From assembly GCF_009914755.1 (NCBI RefSeq), contig NC_060944.1: a DNA stretch of 64,000 bases. One strand, written 5' to 3'. The notes beneath the pieces were generated by a model. It saw only the letters and a list, made by a program, of their open reading frames with translations, was not told the origin of the DNA and did no database searches. Below, piece by piece: positions 32,844 to 45,541 of the stretch (within the stretch, counting starts at the first letter, position 1; each line of letters begins with the position of its first letter). The stretch is from the human T2T-CHM13v2.0 reference genome, Homo sapiens. The translations under genes and the position numbers were made by a program.

Positions 32844-35800
32844 TAGTGGTAGTCCTAATGTATGAGATGATATCTCATGGTGGTTGTGATTAGCATTTTC
32901 CTGATGATTAATAATTTTAAGCATTTTTCCAAATAAATGGCCATTTGTGTATCTTCTTTGGAGAAATGTCTGTTTAATCCTTTGCTCATTTTTAAAATTT
33001 GATTATTTATTATTCAGGGGGCTGTTATTGAGTTAAAGGAGTTTTAAAATATATTCTAGATATTAACCTCTTATCTAATATCTCTCTTGCAAATATTTTC
33101 TCCAATTTCATAAGTTTTTTAGTTTGACGTCACCCTATTTCTCTATTTCTGCTTTTGTTGCCTGTGCTTTGGTATCATATCTAAAAAGCCATTTCCCTTT
33201 TCAATGTCATGATTTTTTAATTGCTTTCTTCTGGGAGTTTTATAGATGTTTATAAAAAATTAACTTCTTTTTGAGTTAATTTTTGTGTATGGTATAAGGG
33301 TCCATACTAACAACATTTATTGAAGAAACTACCCTTTCCCCAATGTACAGTTTTGAAACTCTTATTAAAGATCATTAGACCTTGTATATGAGGGCTTATT
33401 TCTGGACTCTATATTCTGTTCTATCAGTCTACGTATCTGTTTTTATGTCAGTGTTATACTGTTTTGATTACTGTGACTTTGGAAATATGTTTTGAAATCA
33501 AGAAGTGTGATGCCTCTAGCTTTATTCTTCTTTCTCAAGATTGTTTTGGCTATTTGGAGTCTTTTAAGATTTCACATGAACTTTAGAATTTTTTTCCTAT
33601 TTCTACAATAAATGCCATTTGGATTTTGATAGGGTTTGCATTAAGTTCGTACATTATTTCGGGTAGTGTAAATATTTTTAACAATATTAAGTCTACCAAT
33701 CCTTGAACACAAGATATCTTTCCAATTGTTTTTCTCTCTTAATTTTGTTCAGCAATGTTTTGTAGTTTTCAGTGTACAAGTCATTGGTTAAGTTTATTCC
33801 TAACTATTGTAAATGCGATTTTAAAAAAAATCTATTTGGATTGTCCATTGTTACTATATAAATGCAACTGACTTTTGAGTGTTTATTTTGTTCTATTCTG
33901 CAACTTTACTGAATTTGCTAGTCTAATAATTTTTGATGGAGTCTTTTTATATACAGTTTTCTACATATAAGACCATGTCATCTGCAGAGATAATTTTACT
34001 ACTTCTTCTTTTCCAATTCAGATGCATTCTATTTATTTTCCTTGTCTAATTGCTCTGGATAAGACTTCCAGTACTATGTAGAATAAAAGTGCTGAGTTTG
34101 GACATCCTTGCCTTATTGCTGATCTTAGAAAAAAAAACTTTCAGTTTTTCACTATGGCATATGATATTAGTTATGGCTTTTCATGTATGAAATTTATGAT
34201 GTTGAGGAAATTCTTTCTATTCTTATTAATATATTGTTGAATGTTTTTATCATGGAAAGGTTATTTAATTTTGTCAAATACTTTTCCTATGTCTATTATG
34301 ATAGTCATGATTTTTTTCTTCATTCTATTAATATGGTGTATTACATTTATTGACTTGTGTGTATTGAACTATCTTTGCAACCCAGTGATAAATCCCACTT
34401 GGTTGTGGCATATAATCCTTTTAATGTGCTGTTAAAATCGGTTTACTAGTATTTTGGTAAGGACTTTTGCATCAATACTCACCAGGGATATGGGTTGTAG
34501 TCTTCTTTTCTTGTAGTATCTTTGTCTGGCATTGGTATCAGGGTAATGCTGGCCTCATATAATGAATTTGGAAGTTTTCTCTGATTCTGTTTTTTTGGAA
34601 GAAGTTGAGAAGGATTCATATTCCCTATTCTTTAAATGTTTGGTAGGATTATTCAGTAAAACCATCTGGTTCTGGGTTTTTCTTTGTTGAGAATTTTTTT
34701 CTTTGTTGGGAGATTGTATGTTTCTAAGAATTTATTCATTTCTTCTAGGTTAGCCAATTTAAATAAAAATTTCTGTGGCACCAGTTGTAATGTCTCCTCT
34801 TTCATTTCTCACTTATTTGAATGTTCTCTACTTTTTTCTTTTTTAGGCTGGCCAAGGATTTGTCCATTTTGTTTATCTTTTCAAAAATCCAATTCTTAGT
34901 TTTATTGACTTCATGTTTACTATTTTTCTATTCTCTATTTTGTTTATGTCTGTTCTGATTTTATCATTTTTGCTAACTGTGGGCTTAGTTTTTCTTCTTT
35001 TTCTAGTTCTTTGAGGTATAAAGTTAGGTTATTGATTTGAGCTCTTTGTACTTTTTTTTTTTTTTGGGACAGAGTCTTGGTCTGTCACCCAGACTGGGGT
35101 GCAGTGGCGTGATCTCAGCTCACTGCAAGCTCCGCCTCCCAGGTTCACACCATTCTCCTGCCTCAGCCTCCTGAGTAGCTAGGACTACAGGCACCTGCCA
35201 CCACGCCCAGCTAACTTTTTGTATTTTTAGTAGAGACAGGGTTTCGCCATGTTAGCCAGGATGGTCTCGATCTCCTGACCTCGTGATCCACCCACCTCGG
35301 CCTCCCAAAGTGCTGGGATTACAGGCATGAGCCACCGCGCCCGGCCTCTTTGTACTTTTTTAAATGTAGATGTTTATTACTATGAATTTCCCTCTTGGTA
35401 CTGCTTTTGCTGTATTCCATAAGTTTTGGTATGCTGTGTTTTCCTTTTCATTTGTCTTAAGGTATATTCTAATTGTATTTATTATTCCTCCTTGAAGCAA
35501 TGGTTGTTCAAGAGAATGTTATTTAATTTTCACATCTTTAAAAGTTTTCTAGTTTTGTTTCTGCTGTTGGTTTCTAGTTTCATTCTACTGTGGTCTGAAA
35601 AGACACTTGACATAATTTAAATCTTCTTAAATTTGTCAAAATTTGTTTTCTAATCTAACACGTAATCAATCTTGGAGAAAGATCTGTTTGCTCTTGAGAA
35701 GAATATGTATTCTGCTGTTGTTGGGTAGAATGTTCTGTATATGTCTGTTAGGTCCATCTGGTAAACAGTGTTGCTCCAGTTAGCTCTTTCTTTATTGATT

Positions 35801-37350
35801 ACCTGTCTGGAAATCCTATTCATCATTGAAAGTGAGCATTGAAGTGGCCTATTACAGGATTGCTATCAATTTCTCCTTTGAAATCTGTCAATATCTGCTT
35901 TATATATTTATATATTTATATTTAAGCTGATGTTGAGTGCACATGTCTTAACAATTGTTTATTCCTGTTGAATTGACCCTTTTATCATTATATAATGACT
36001 TCCTTTGTCTCTAGGGATAGTTTTTTATTAAAGTCTATTTTGTCTGATATAAGTATATCCACCCTTACTTTCATTTGATTATCATTTACATGAAATATAT
36101 TTTTCCGTCCCTTTACTTCTAGCCAATTTGAAGTGAGTCTATTTTAGACAGCATATTGATGGATCTTTTTTAGATAATTGTTCAGCCACTCTGTTTTTGG
36201 TTGGAGAATTTAATGCATTTACATTCAAGTTAATTACTGAAAGGTGAGAACTTATTCTGCCTGTGTTGTGGTTGTTTTATTCTTTTCCCTCTCTTTCTGT
36301 CTTCCATTGTTATTTGATGATTTCCTGTAGTGATTTGCTTTGACTCATTTCTCTTTATCTTTTATATCTATTGTAGGATATTTCCTTTGTGGTTAGCTCC
36401 CAGCTTGTGTAAAATATCTTGTAGTTATAACCACCTATTTTAAGTTGGTAACTTCAACTGCAAACGAAAACTTTACTTTGACTTCTCCCATAACCACCCA
36501 CTTTGAGTACCTGTAGTCAGGGTTTGCTTCTTTTTATATTGTGTGTTTATTAACAAATTTTTATCTTTTACTTTCATATTAAGGTTCAAAGTAATTCATG
36601 CATCACCTTCACAGTTTTACATTATTCTGTATTTATATATTTACCTTTCTCAATAAGGTTTATGCTTCCTTATGCTTTTGCATTGCTATTCAGTGCTTTT
36701 TCATTTAATTTGTTTTTGTTTGTTTGTTTGTTTTCTGAGACAAAGTCTTGCTCTGTCGCCCAGGCTGGACTGCAGTGGTGCGATCTCAGCTCACTGCAAA
36801 CTCTGTTTCCTGGGTTCAAGTGATTCTTTTGCCTCAGCCTCCAGAGTAGCTGAGATTACAGGCACCCACCATCATACCCAGCTAACTTTTGTGTTTTTTT
36901 TAGTAGAGATGAGGTTTCACCATGTTGGCCAGGCTGGTCTCAAACTCCTAACCTCAAGTAATCCTCCCACCTCAGCCTCCCAAAGTGCTGGGACTGTAGG
37001 TGTGAGCCACTGTGCCCAACCTTTCATTTCAATTTCAAGAACCCTCTAAAGATTTCTTATAAGGCAGGCTAGTGGTGACAAACTCCCCCAGTTTTTGTCT
37101 AGGAAATGTTTTATCAGTACTTTATTTTTAAAGGATAATTTTGCTAGGTATAGTAATCTTAGTTGGCAAGTTTTTTCTCACACTACTTTGATTATGTTGT
37201 CTTACTCCCTCCTGGCCTGCAAGTTATCTGCTGAGAAATCCACTGATAATTGTATGGGGGTTCCCTTATATGTGATGAGTTGCTTTTCTCTTGCTGCTTT
37301 CAGAATTCCTTCCTTAACCTAGGCTTTTAACAATTTGATTAAATGTATTT
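31710..37350 (-). mobile_element. L1M/L1MA elements (3'UTR through ORF2) with nested Alus (35052-35346 AluY-like; 36710-37020) and (TG)n at 32794-32840
   Basis: Long T-rich reverse L1 sequence with peptide WKQTKCPLMDAW. The AluY has the TSD ctctttgtacttttt. Confidence 0.82.
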
Positions 37351-37419
37351 CATTGGACAGGGTGATATGGAGGCCAGGGTCTTGGGTCTGTGTTGAGGAG
37401 TCTGGCTTTGCATGAGTAG

Positions 37420-37860
37420 ACAGGTCACAGATTGCCAAGTACTTGCCAAATCCCATTTTCTGTTCTTCTTGAGAAAACAGCTAGATTACATTTCCCAATC
37501 TCCTTTGCAAATATGTGGGACCATATGACTGTATTATGGTCAATGGAATGTGGATTAAAATAATAAACTTTGCTTCTAGGCCTAGCCCTTTAAAAGCTTC
37601 TGTGTGAGCCCCCATGATACCTTTCTTTCCCTATTGCTGGTTGAATGTAGAGGAACCAGTAGAGAAGCCCCTGCGAGATGACAGAGCTACAGATTTAAGG
37701 AGCTACATTCCTTGAATCATGGCAGGGATGACTGCCCACTGACCACCCTCAGTGAAATGCATTGTGAATGAGAATAACCTTTCATGGGTTAACTGTATTA
37801 CCCCATGAGGTTTGTAAAAATCTGCTTGAATATTTGCTCCAGCAATTAACCAAACTGGTT
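37420..37860. mobile_element. MLT1-type MaLR LTR
   Basis: tacatttcccaatctcctttgcaa...gaccatatgactg...ggtcaatggaatgtgg motifs. Confidence 0.6.
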
Positions 37861-38016
37861 CATACATGGGTCTAACTGGGAAGGCAGAACTGGGCACCTC
37901 TGCCCATGATTGAGTGGAAACAACTGTTGGGACTGCTGAGGATTGCAATGAGAGAAATTAAGTCATAGGGAGGAAGTTAAAAAAAAATATGCAGAGCCCT
38001 CAGGTTGATGTAGCAG

Positions 38017-38022
38017 TTTATT
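38017..38022 (-). terminator. WFDC9: WFDC9 poly(A) signal AATAAA
   Basis: The plus strand has tttatt about 150 nt past the stop codon. Confidence 0.75.
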
Positions 38023-38170
38023 TGACAAAAGCTTCAGGGTAAAGAGGTCAAGGAAATAGCAGAAAGGTTACCAGCTAGAGCCAGTGGGTGTCCCAAGAAG
38101 GAAGTAGGCAGCACTCTTCTTAGACCAGATGGTCATCCTTCAGCCCACAGTAGTGATCGGCCAATAGAAT

Positions 38171-38201
38171 CTAGGGGTTTAGCATTGATTTAAGGGGCTC
38201 T
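38171..38201 (-). CDS. WFDC9: WFDC9 coding exon 3 (EEPLKSMLNP-stop); full protein 89 aa
   Basis: Acceptor TTTTCTCTTCTAG, then A GAG CCC CTT AAA TCA ATG CTA AAC CCC TAG. The three exons total 91+148+31=270 nt. Confidence 0.93.
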
Positions 38202-38722
38202 CTAGAAGAGAAAAGTTAGTCAAAAGTCAAGAATCCTGGGATAAATCCATTTCTAAAATTAATAGCATCCTAGGCCCCAGATGAAAAAGGACAGCAATTC
38301 TTCTGCTAAATCAGAAGTTACCCACTTTTAAGCAATTTCCCCCAAGAAGTTTGCCAACTGAACAGACAGATAGATACCAGGTCTCCTTGGGCCTGGCTGA
38401 GAGTAGAGCGCCCATGGAGACGCCCAACTAAGGGGTTAGTAATTGGAACTTTGGATAAAGGAGGGATGTATGAACTGTTGGGTGATATGTTGAGGGAAGC
38501 AAAGGGAACTGAATAAGAGTGAAGAAAAAAGTAGAGGACCTCATGTTGGTGTCTTGGTTTATTTTGCAGTGAGGAGCAGCCTAGGTTTGGAGATAGGAGG
38601 ACATTGTCTTTTGCTGCCTATTTCTTTAACCAGGATTTGGGTGGCTGCGGTCTTTTGAATAGTCGGTAAGGACCAGTGATGAAGCATGCCCAGGCCCTAG
38701 CCTTCCCACCCCAACCAACTCA

Positions 38723-38911
<189 letters not shown>

Positions 38912-39129
38912 TCAGACAAGAAACCTTTTCTAAGCTTAACAATCCCTTCTGAAACTTGAGCTCCAAGCCACAAAGTATTTCTCTGCCTTCCAAGAAAATC
39001 CCTTCCTCAAATTATAACCAGTGTCTTGTCACAAGACCATCCTTGCATGGCCTGTGTTCCTCCATCTACATGTCCCTACAGCATTTCAGACTCTAAAGAT
39101 AGGACCTGGGACACCCTGACCATATATGA

Positions 39130-39561
<432 letters not shown>

Positions 39562-40041
39562 ATTTTTCTCCCCTTCTATTTGTTTCCCTGATGATGCCAC
39601 CTAAGAAGTCAGTCTCTCCATAAATTTTATTTCCCTGGCCCACAACCCTCCTGCTCAGTGTCTTTGTTGTCCACATTTTCTTATCATATGAACCCAAACT
39701 TTGACCCACTAAGGAGCCTTTATTTGTCTTTTCCATTTTTCATGTTCTAAAAGACTCTTCCCCTCCAACTAAATTAACGTGTTAAATATTACCCTTTTGG
39801 CATTCATCAAAGGCTCACCCAACTGAGGCACAAAGGTTCTGAAAATATGGGCTTGGAGGGAAGCTCTGTGTTGGTTTTTCCTCTACTGGTCTGATATTGG
39901 AAAATATTATTTCCTGCTAGCTGATGGAATATAGACAAAAGATACGTTCCCTTTTCACATACCTAGTGTTGCTTTCAGAGCTGAAAGAGAAAACTTAAAG
40001 GAATTGGGAATATCTAACCTAATCTTGCTTGAATATCTCTA

Positions 40042-40371
<330 letters not shown>

Positions 40372-41979
40372 TTATTCTTTCCCTTTCTAGTACCCAGTAG
40401 CATACCAACCAACTCCCAGGCTAGCCAGTGACTTCCCCAGGTTTCTTCTCATCTCATATTACATACCCCTTCCTTTGCAAAATTATTTCTTATTAAAATG
40501 AATTTCTCCTGTCTGATTAAAAACAATAAATCCTCAGATTATATAATATGTAAAATTAAAAATACAAAGAGGAAATAAACAAGCATTAGCAATTCCACCA
40601 TCTAGAGATAATCAATATATGTCTATACTTTTATGTTGTAGTCATTATTTTTATGAAATTGGACACATCAAGTGTCCTGATATTTTATTTTGAAGCATAT
40701 GAAACATGATGATGTAAAGAAGTTTTAGTGAAGATCCTAAGACAAAAGGCACTAAAGCAATTTAAGAGGGAATTACAGATAGATAACAGGACTTGAGAAA
40801 AGATGATGGCCAAGAACTGTTAGGGGACTCAAAACTTTAATGCACTAAGATGGTCCAAAGTTGGAGGAATTGTAGAGAAGATTTTGAAGGAAATTTTATT
40901 GGTAAAAAGCTTTGCTCGTGAAAGCCGGAATGCTGCCTCCTAATTCCAAGTTGAGAGAAAAGGTTTTATGAATACGACTCATTGAGCTTGCTATGTGATC
41001 CTAGAAGTCTATGGGAACACAGTAGACTTGAATCATGACTGAAGACTTTAAAGGGTGACTTTAAATCTGGCCAAAGCGGCCTGTAGTAGCAGAGAAGAGG
41101 GCTCTAATTTGTGAAGTATCTGAACTGCAAATGGCCAGACGACATTTCATGTTTCCAATGAACCCTTGAAATCTCCCACGAAAGAGTCAAGACCAGAAGC
41201 ACAGAACCAGCTCATGATAGTATCTATTACACAAGAACTTTCCTACTACTCTTATTGGTCCGTCCTCCCTCTACTCCCTAGGAGACAGAAACTTGCTTTA
41301 GTCCAGAGTGGGTGGAGGAATAGAATTACAAAGAGCCAGAGTGGGGGTGGTGGGAGGCGGGGGAGAGAGATTCACCACATCCTGTTCCATAACTGGAGCT
41401 TCTGAGGGAGGGAGGAATCCATAGTTCTGAACAATTTATGTAGTTGTGACTAATTTCATGGGCCTGCACATTTTACTTATTATATTGAGAAGATGTTTCA
41501 TGACTGGAGAATCACATAAAATTTGTGGAGACCTACCTAAATTTTCCTGAAGAAGCAAGGAAATAAACTAACAATTCTGAATGAAATATACAGGGGAGGC
41601 AAAAATATGCTCACATCATACAAGTCATGACAAGAATTCAGTCATACTTATTACTATCATTTCCTCATATCATCAAGACCTGAATAGTTTCAATTTCTTC
41701 TCGTTATAAAAATGTCCTGATGAACCTCCTTATAGTTAAAGCTTTGGTACATATATTGTTATTTTTATAGCATGAGTTAATGAAGAAAGATTTCTAGGCA
41801 AAAGACATTGTCTTTCCCAGGCTTTGGATAATTGCCGCCACATTTCTCTCACTAAGGGTTAGGTTACATTTCCACCTACCGGATATCAAATGCATGTCCC
41901 TCCACCCCTTGTTCTACTCTAGGCTATACAAAGGTAATTTTCATCACCACACTATTTGCTGATGGGTATTTTAAGAGGA

Positions 41980-42600
41980 AAGAACATGGGCCCCAGAGTC
42001 AGATAGGCTTGAATTAGAATCCCAACCCCACCAACTCCTAGCCGTGGAGCCTGGGCCAGCCACATAATCCCCAGAGCCTGGTTTTCCCCATCCATATTAC
42101 AGAAAAAAATATCAATACTCATCTCATCTCATAGGGTCACTGGGAAGATTAAATAATATGTATGAAACACTAAGCATAGGACCTGGAATATAGTATATAC
42201 TTCATAAATGTTAACTGTCAGCATTAAGCTCAGAATATCCTCCTCTGGATATTTGAAAACTATTTTCAATTACAATTTTTTTCTTTTTACTTTTTTTTTT
42301 ACACTTAGCATTTTAATCTGTTTAGATTCTATGCCTCTGTGTGTGGAGGGAGACAGGGGGAGTTCATTCACTCAATAAGTACTTATTAAGTGCCTAACTA
42401 TATTCCAAGTTCTGGGTATTGGAATATATTCCAAGTTCTGGGTATTGGAATATAGTGGTGAACAAAACAGACAAAAATCCTCCCATTTATACAGCTGGCA
42501 TTCTAGTTAAACAAGATAAGGAAATGCATAGATGGTAATCAGTGGTAAGGAGAAAAATAAGGAAATGGAAGAAAATAAAATAGCCTTCAGCTGAGTGACA
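41980..42600. mobile_element. MIR (about 41980-42215) and L2 3' end (about 42360-42600)
   Basis: MIR core (gagtcagataggcttgaattagaatccc...gaagattaaataa) and L2 tail (ttcattcactcaataagtacttattaagtgcc). Confidence 0.65.
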
Positions 42601-43101
42601 GCTGAGGGGTAAGGGAAACTAGAGTATGGGAACAGCAGAAAAATCTTAATAAAAAGGAATAGATAGACATTTTCTTAACACTGTAAAAATTTAACTATTG
42701 CAATCCAAAATCCAGCATTCCACATTATAAAACTGAAAGTACTCCCATTAAAATTAGAAATAGGAAAAAAAGATATGCACTATTAAGACTACTTTTTAAC
42801 ATTATTTTCAAGTGTTTAAGCCACTATAATTAGAAAAGAGAAAAATTTGAACTATAAATAATAGAAGAGTGGAAGAGGAACCTAATTACAATGGAAACTT
42901 CCCAGCCTTCTCCCATCTACCCCCCTCATTCTCTATTGCTCTACTTTTCTAGAACCAAATAGGAAGGAAAATAAGAGTCAAAGAAAAGGATAAAATTCTG
43001 ACATGAATTGCATCATTGCATGAACAAGGCAGTGATTTTCCCTCTGCCTGAAAGTCTTTATATTTGTTCAGAAATTTTCAATGAAGCAAAAGAGATTTCT
43101 T

Positions 43102-43385
43102 TGTGCTGTCCAATGTGGTAGCCACTAGCCACTTATGACTGTTCAAACTCATTAAATTAAATCAAAATTCAGTTTCCAGTCATTTCAAGTATTCAATGGT
43201 CACATGTAGTTAGTGGCTATTGTCCCCAAAGTCTTTCTCTGATGCTTCTCATTCCATTTATACATAGGACGATGGGAATAGTCTACATCAACCTTTGACT
43301 TCTTGTGTGTCCTATTTAACATTCCTTATTTCTCAGGCGCGGAGCCTTTCCATCATCACAGAAAGTTCTACTGAACAATGCTGCT
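43102..43385. mobile_element. MER3-like hAT element, interrupted by an insert of about 115 bp
   Basis: gctgtccaatgtggtagccactagccac...gtggctatt [insert] ccatcatcacagaaagttctactgaacaatgctg. Confidence 0.7.
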
Positions 43386-44688
43386 CTAGATGAATCCACC
43401 AAAATGACTCTGCTCAAAAGCAGAGGTAATACTAGAAAAATTTTAAAGCTGCCAAATTTTTCAGAGGAGACTTTGAAAATGTATTCTCCTCTTAGCTTCT
43501 GTGAAATTTGGAAGGTGAAAAATACAAGTTTTAGGCACATGTCATTAGATGTATTGACTTTTAGACAAATCACTTTTAAGAGATTCGAGCAGAGGCAAAA
43601 GCAGCAACATCTTAGCTTGGCAACTTCATCAAGTCATGCTTAGGTAAGCTGGCAGAGACACAGGTTCTTAATGGAGAAGCTTGGAGAGCAGGAATAAGCA
43701 TCTAAGAGTAGAACCCCCACACACACAAATATCTGATCTGATCTACAATTTAAGGGCTTCTCTTCTCCTTTCGTTTCTCTCCCTAATCTCCTGCTCTTGC
43801 TAGCTAGCAATGGCAAGATACTCATTCCTTGAGCCTGAGTCCTTGAGAACCTCAGAGTGTTCTTCTGATTATGTGAATATACCAGCACATGGCAAGACAG
43901 GTGAACCATGAAGATACTCTGTTATCTGCTTACAGCCAGGGATGTGAGGGATGAGGTAAGTGGGTGAAAGTGGGCATAGATTGCAGTAGGCCTCTGGATT
44001 CCTGGTACCAACCCTTTGCATAAAGAAGGAGGAATACTGATATACAGTGACAGGAACACCATAAATCCAAAGCATTGGATTCCATGAGGCTGTTTCTTTG
44101 TATTCCAAAATACCACCCTAGACCCAAGTTTTCCAGAGCTTTGAAATCTGTTCATTCACACGGCCTCATTCTTACTCTAGTTTTCTTTCTTTCTTTCTTT
44201 CCCCTTGCCCTTTAAAGGTGTTCAGGAATCTGAGGATGCCTAGTCTCCTGTTTTGCACACCCTCAAGTGTACTAAATGATCCCAGACAAAAGAAACATCA
44301 TTATGCCCAGGCTGGGTACTTCTCAACTTCTCATATACAGAGTGCTGTGAATTTTTTGGTCATCCTGAGACAAACTGCAGGACAATTCAAAGATCCCCCA
44401 GGATCAGAAAGACACAGAACTACTGCTCTCCACCAATCTGGCTTTCCAGATAATGTTAAAGAGGACAGAGTGCTGGATTTAGTGTCAGGAATGCTGAAAT
44501 CTTTAGTTTCTGTCCCTTTTACCTATGGAACCTCAGACAGCTCATGTCACCCCCTCTCAATTTTCTTATTTGAACAAAAGAAACAATAATCCCTACCTCA
44601 CAGGAATAGTGACACCATCTGGGCTAGGAATTAATCCAAGCAAGCCACAAATAGAAGCTCATGTCTCAAGACCTTTATCCCCACCTAC

Positions 44689-44782
44689 CTCTGAAGGTGT
44701 CTGCATTGAGTGTCTGTAGTAACTGGCTGACAGCTCTTTTGTCTGGCCTTTTATTATGAAGTTGTTTGAAGTGGGGCTCGAA
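44689..44782 (-). other. WFDC9: WFDC9 5'UTR non-coding exon (94 nt)
   Basis: Strong acceptor TTTTTCTGCTCTTCTGCCCCCAG and donor AG|GTAGGT in unique sequence upstream of the ATG exon. This agrees with the recalled 5-exon WFDC9 model. Confidence 0.7.
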
Positions 44783-44973
44783 CTGGGGGCAGAAGAGCAG
44801 AAAAACAATGTTCAAAGGCCAGGAACTTAATGGTGATTTTGGTTGTGACCGATTTTTAATTTCTACCCAGAAACTACATGTTGGCTGTATCACAGATTCT
44901 TTCCTTTGATATTCACCCATCCAGATGTACTCAATTTTCTAAGGTGCAGGTGGGATCCTCTGAAAAGCTGGGA

Positions 44974-44988
44974 AGAACATTGTGTACC
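44974..44988. promoter_or_regulatory. Consensus androgen/glucocorticoid response element
   Basis: AGAACA-TTG-TGTACC, whose reverse complement is GGTACA-CAA-TGTTCT, an exact match to the classical consensus. Function is untested. Confidence 0.5.
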
Positions 44989-45541
44989 TGGATTGCAGCT
45001 CAGGCCACCCCCAGCAGACCCAAAGTACATGTTCCCAAAGTCTCTCAAATACATCTCAGTCCATTCATATGTAGGAAGTTGGGAACAGTCTACATTGACC
45101 TTTGACCTCTTGTCTGTCCTATTTAACATTCTATCTTTCTCAGTATTGATTCTCTTTTACCAATAAAATCATAACAAGATCTCCCACCAAATGCCCTCTG
45201 ACTTTTATGTAGCTAAAAAGAGACTGAATAGGAAGAATTTTAGAAAAAGTAGATGACCACCTAACAAATGAAGGAAGCGACGTGACCAAATCCAGCACCA
45301 AGTTCTTGCCATGAGCTTGTTGGTTGAGGTGCAGAGGGATTTGTTCACCAAATGTCAGGGAAGGGCATTATATTGGGCACACAATACACATGATTTGGAG
45401 ATCACTAGCTCATGAGAAAAGAGAACAGTCAAGTGGGCAGGAGGCAGGGACTTCCAAGGGGTAAACCTTCTCTCAAAGCCTGTCTGCAGGAATATTATAC
45501 GCAGTGACAGGAGATGTCAATATAAAATTCTTCCTAGGATA

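Noticed and set aside
43869-44155. GWYF...IYG motifs suggesting a Kunitz exon relic
   Set aside because: The spacing between WYF and YG is 43 nt instead of the expected 33, and the cysteine framework is missing.
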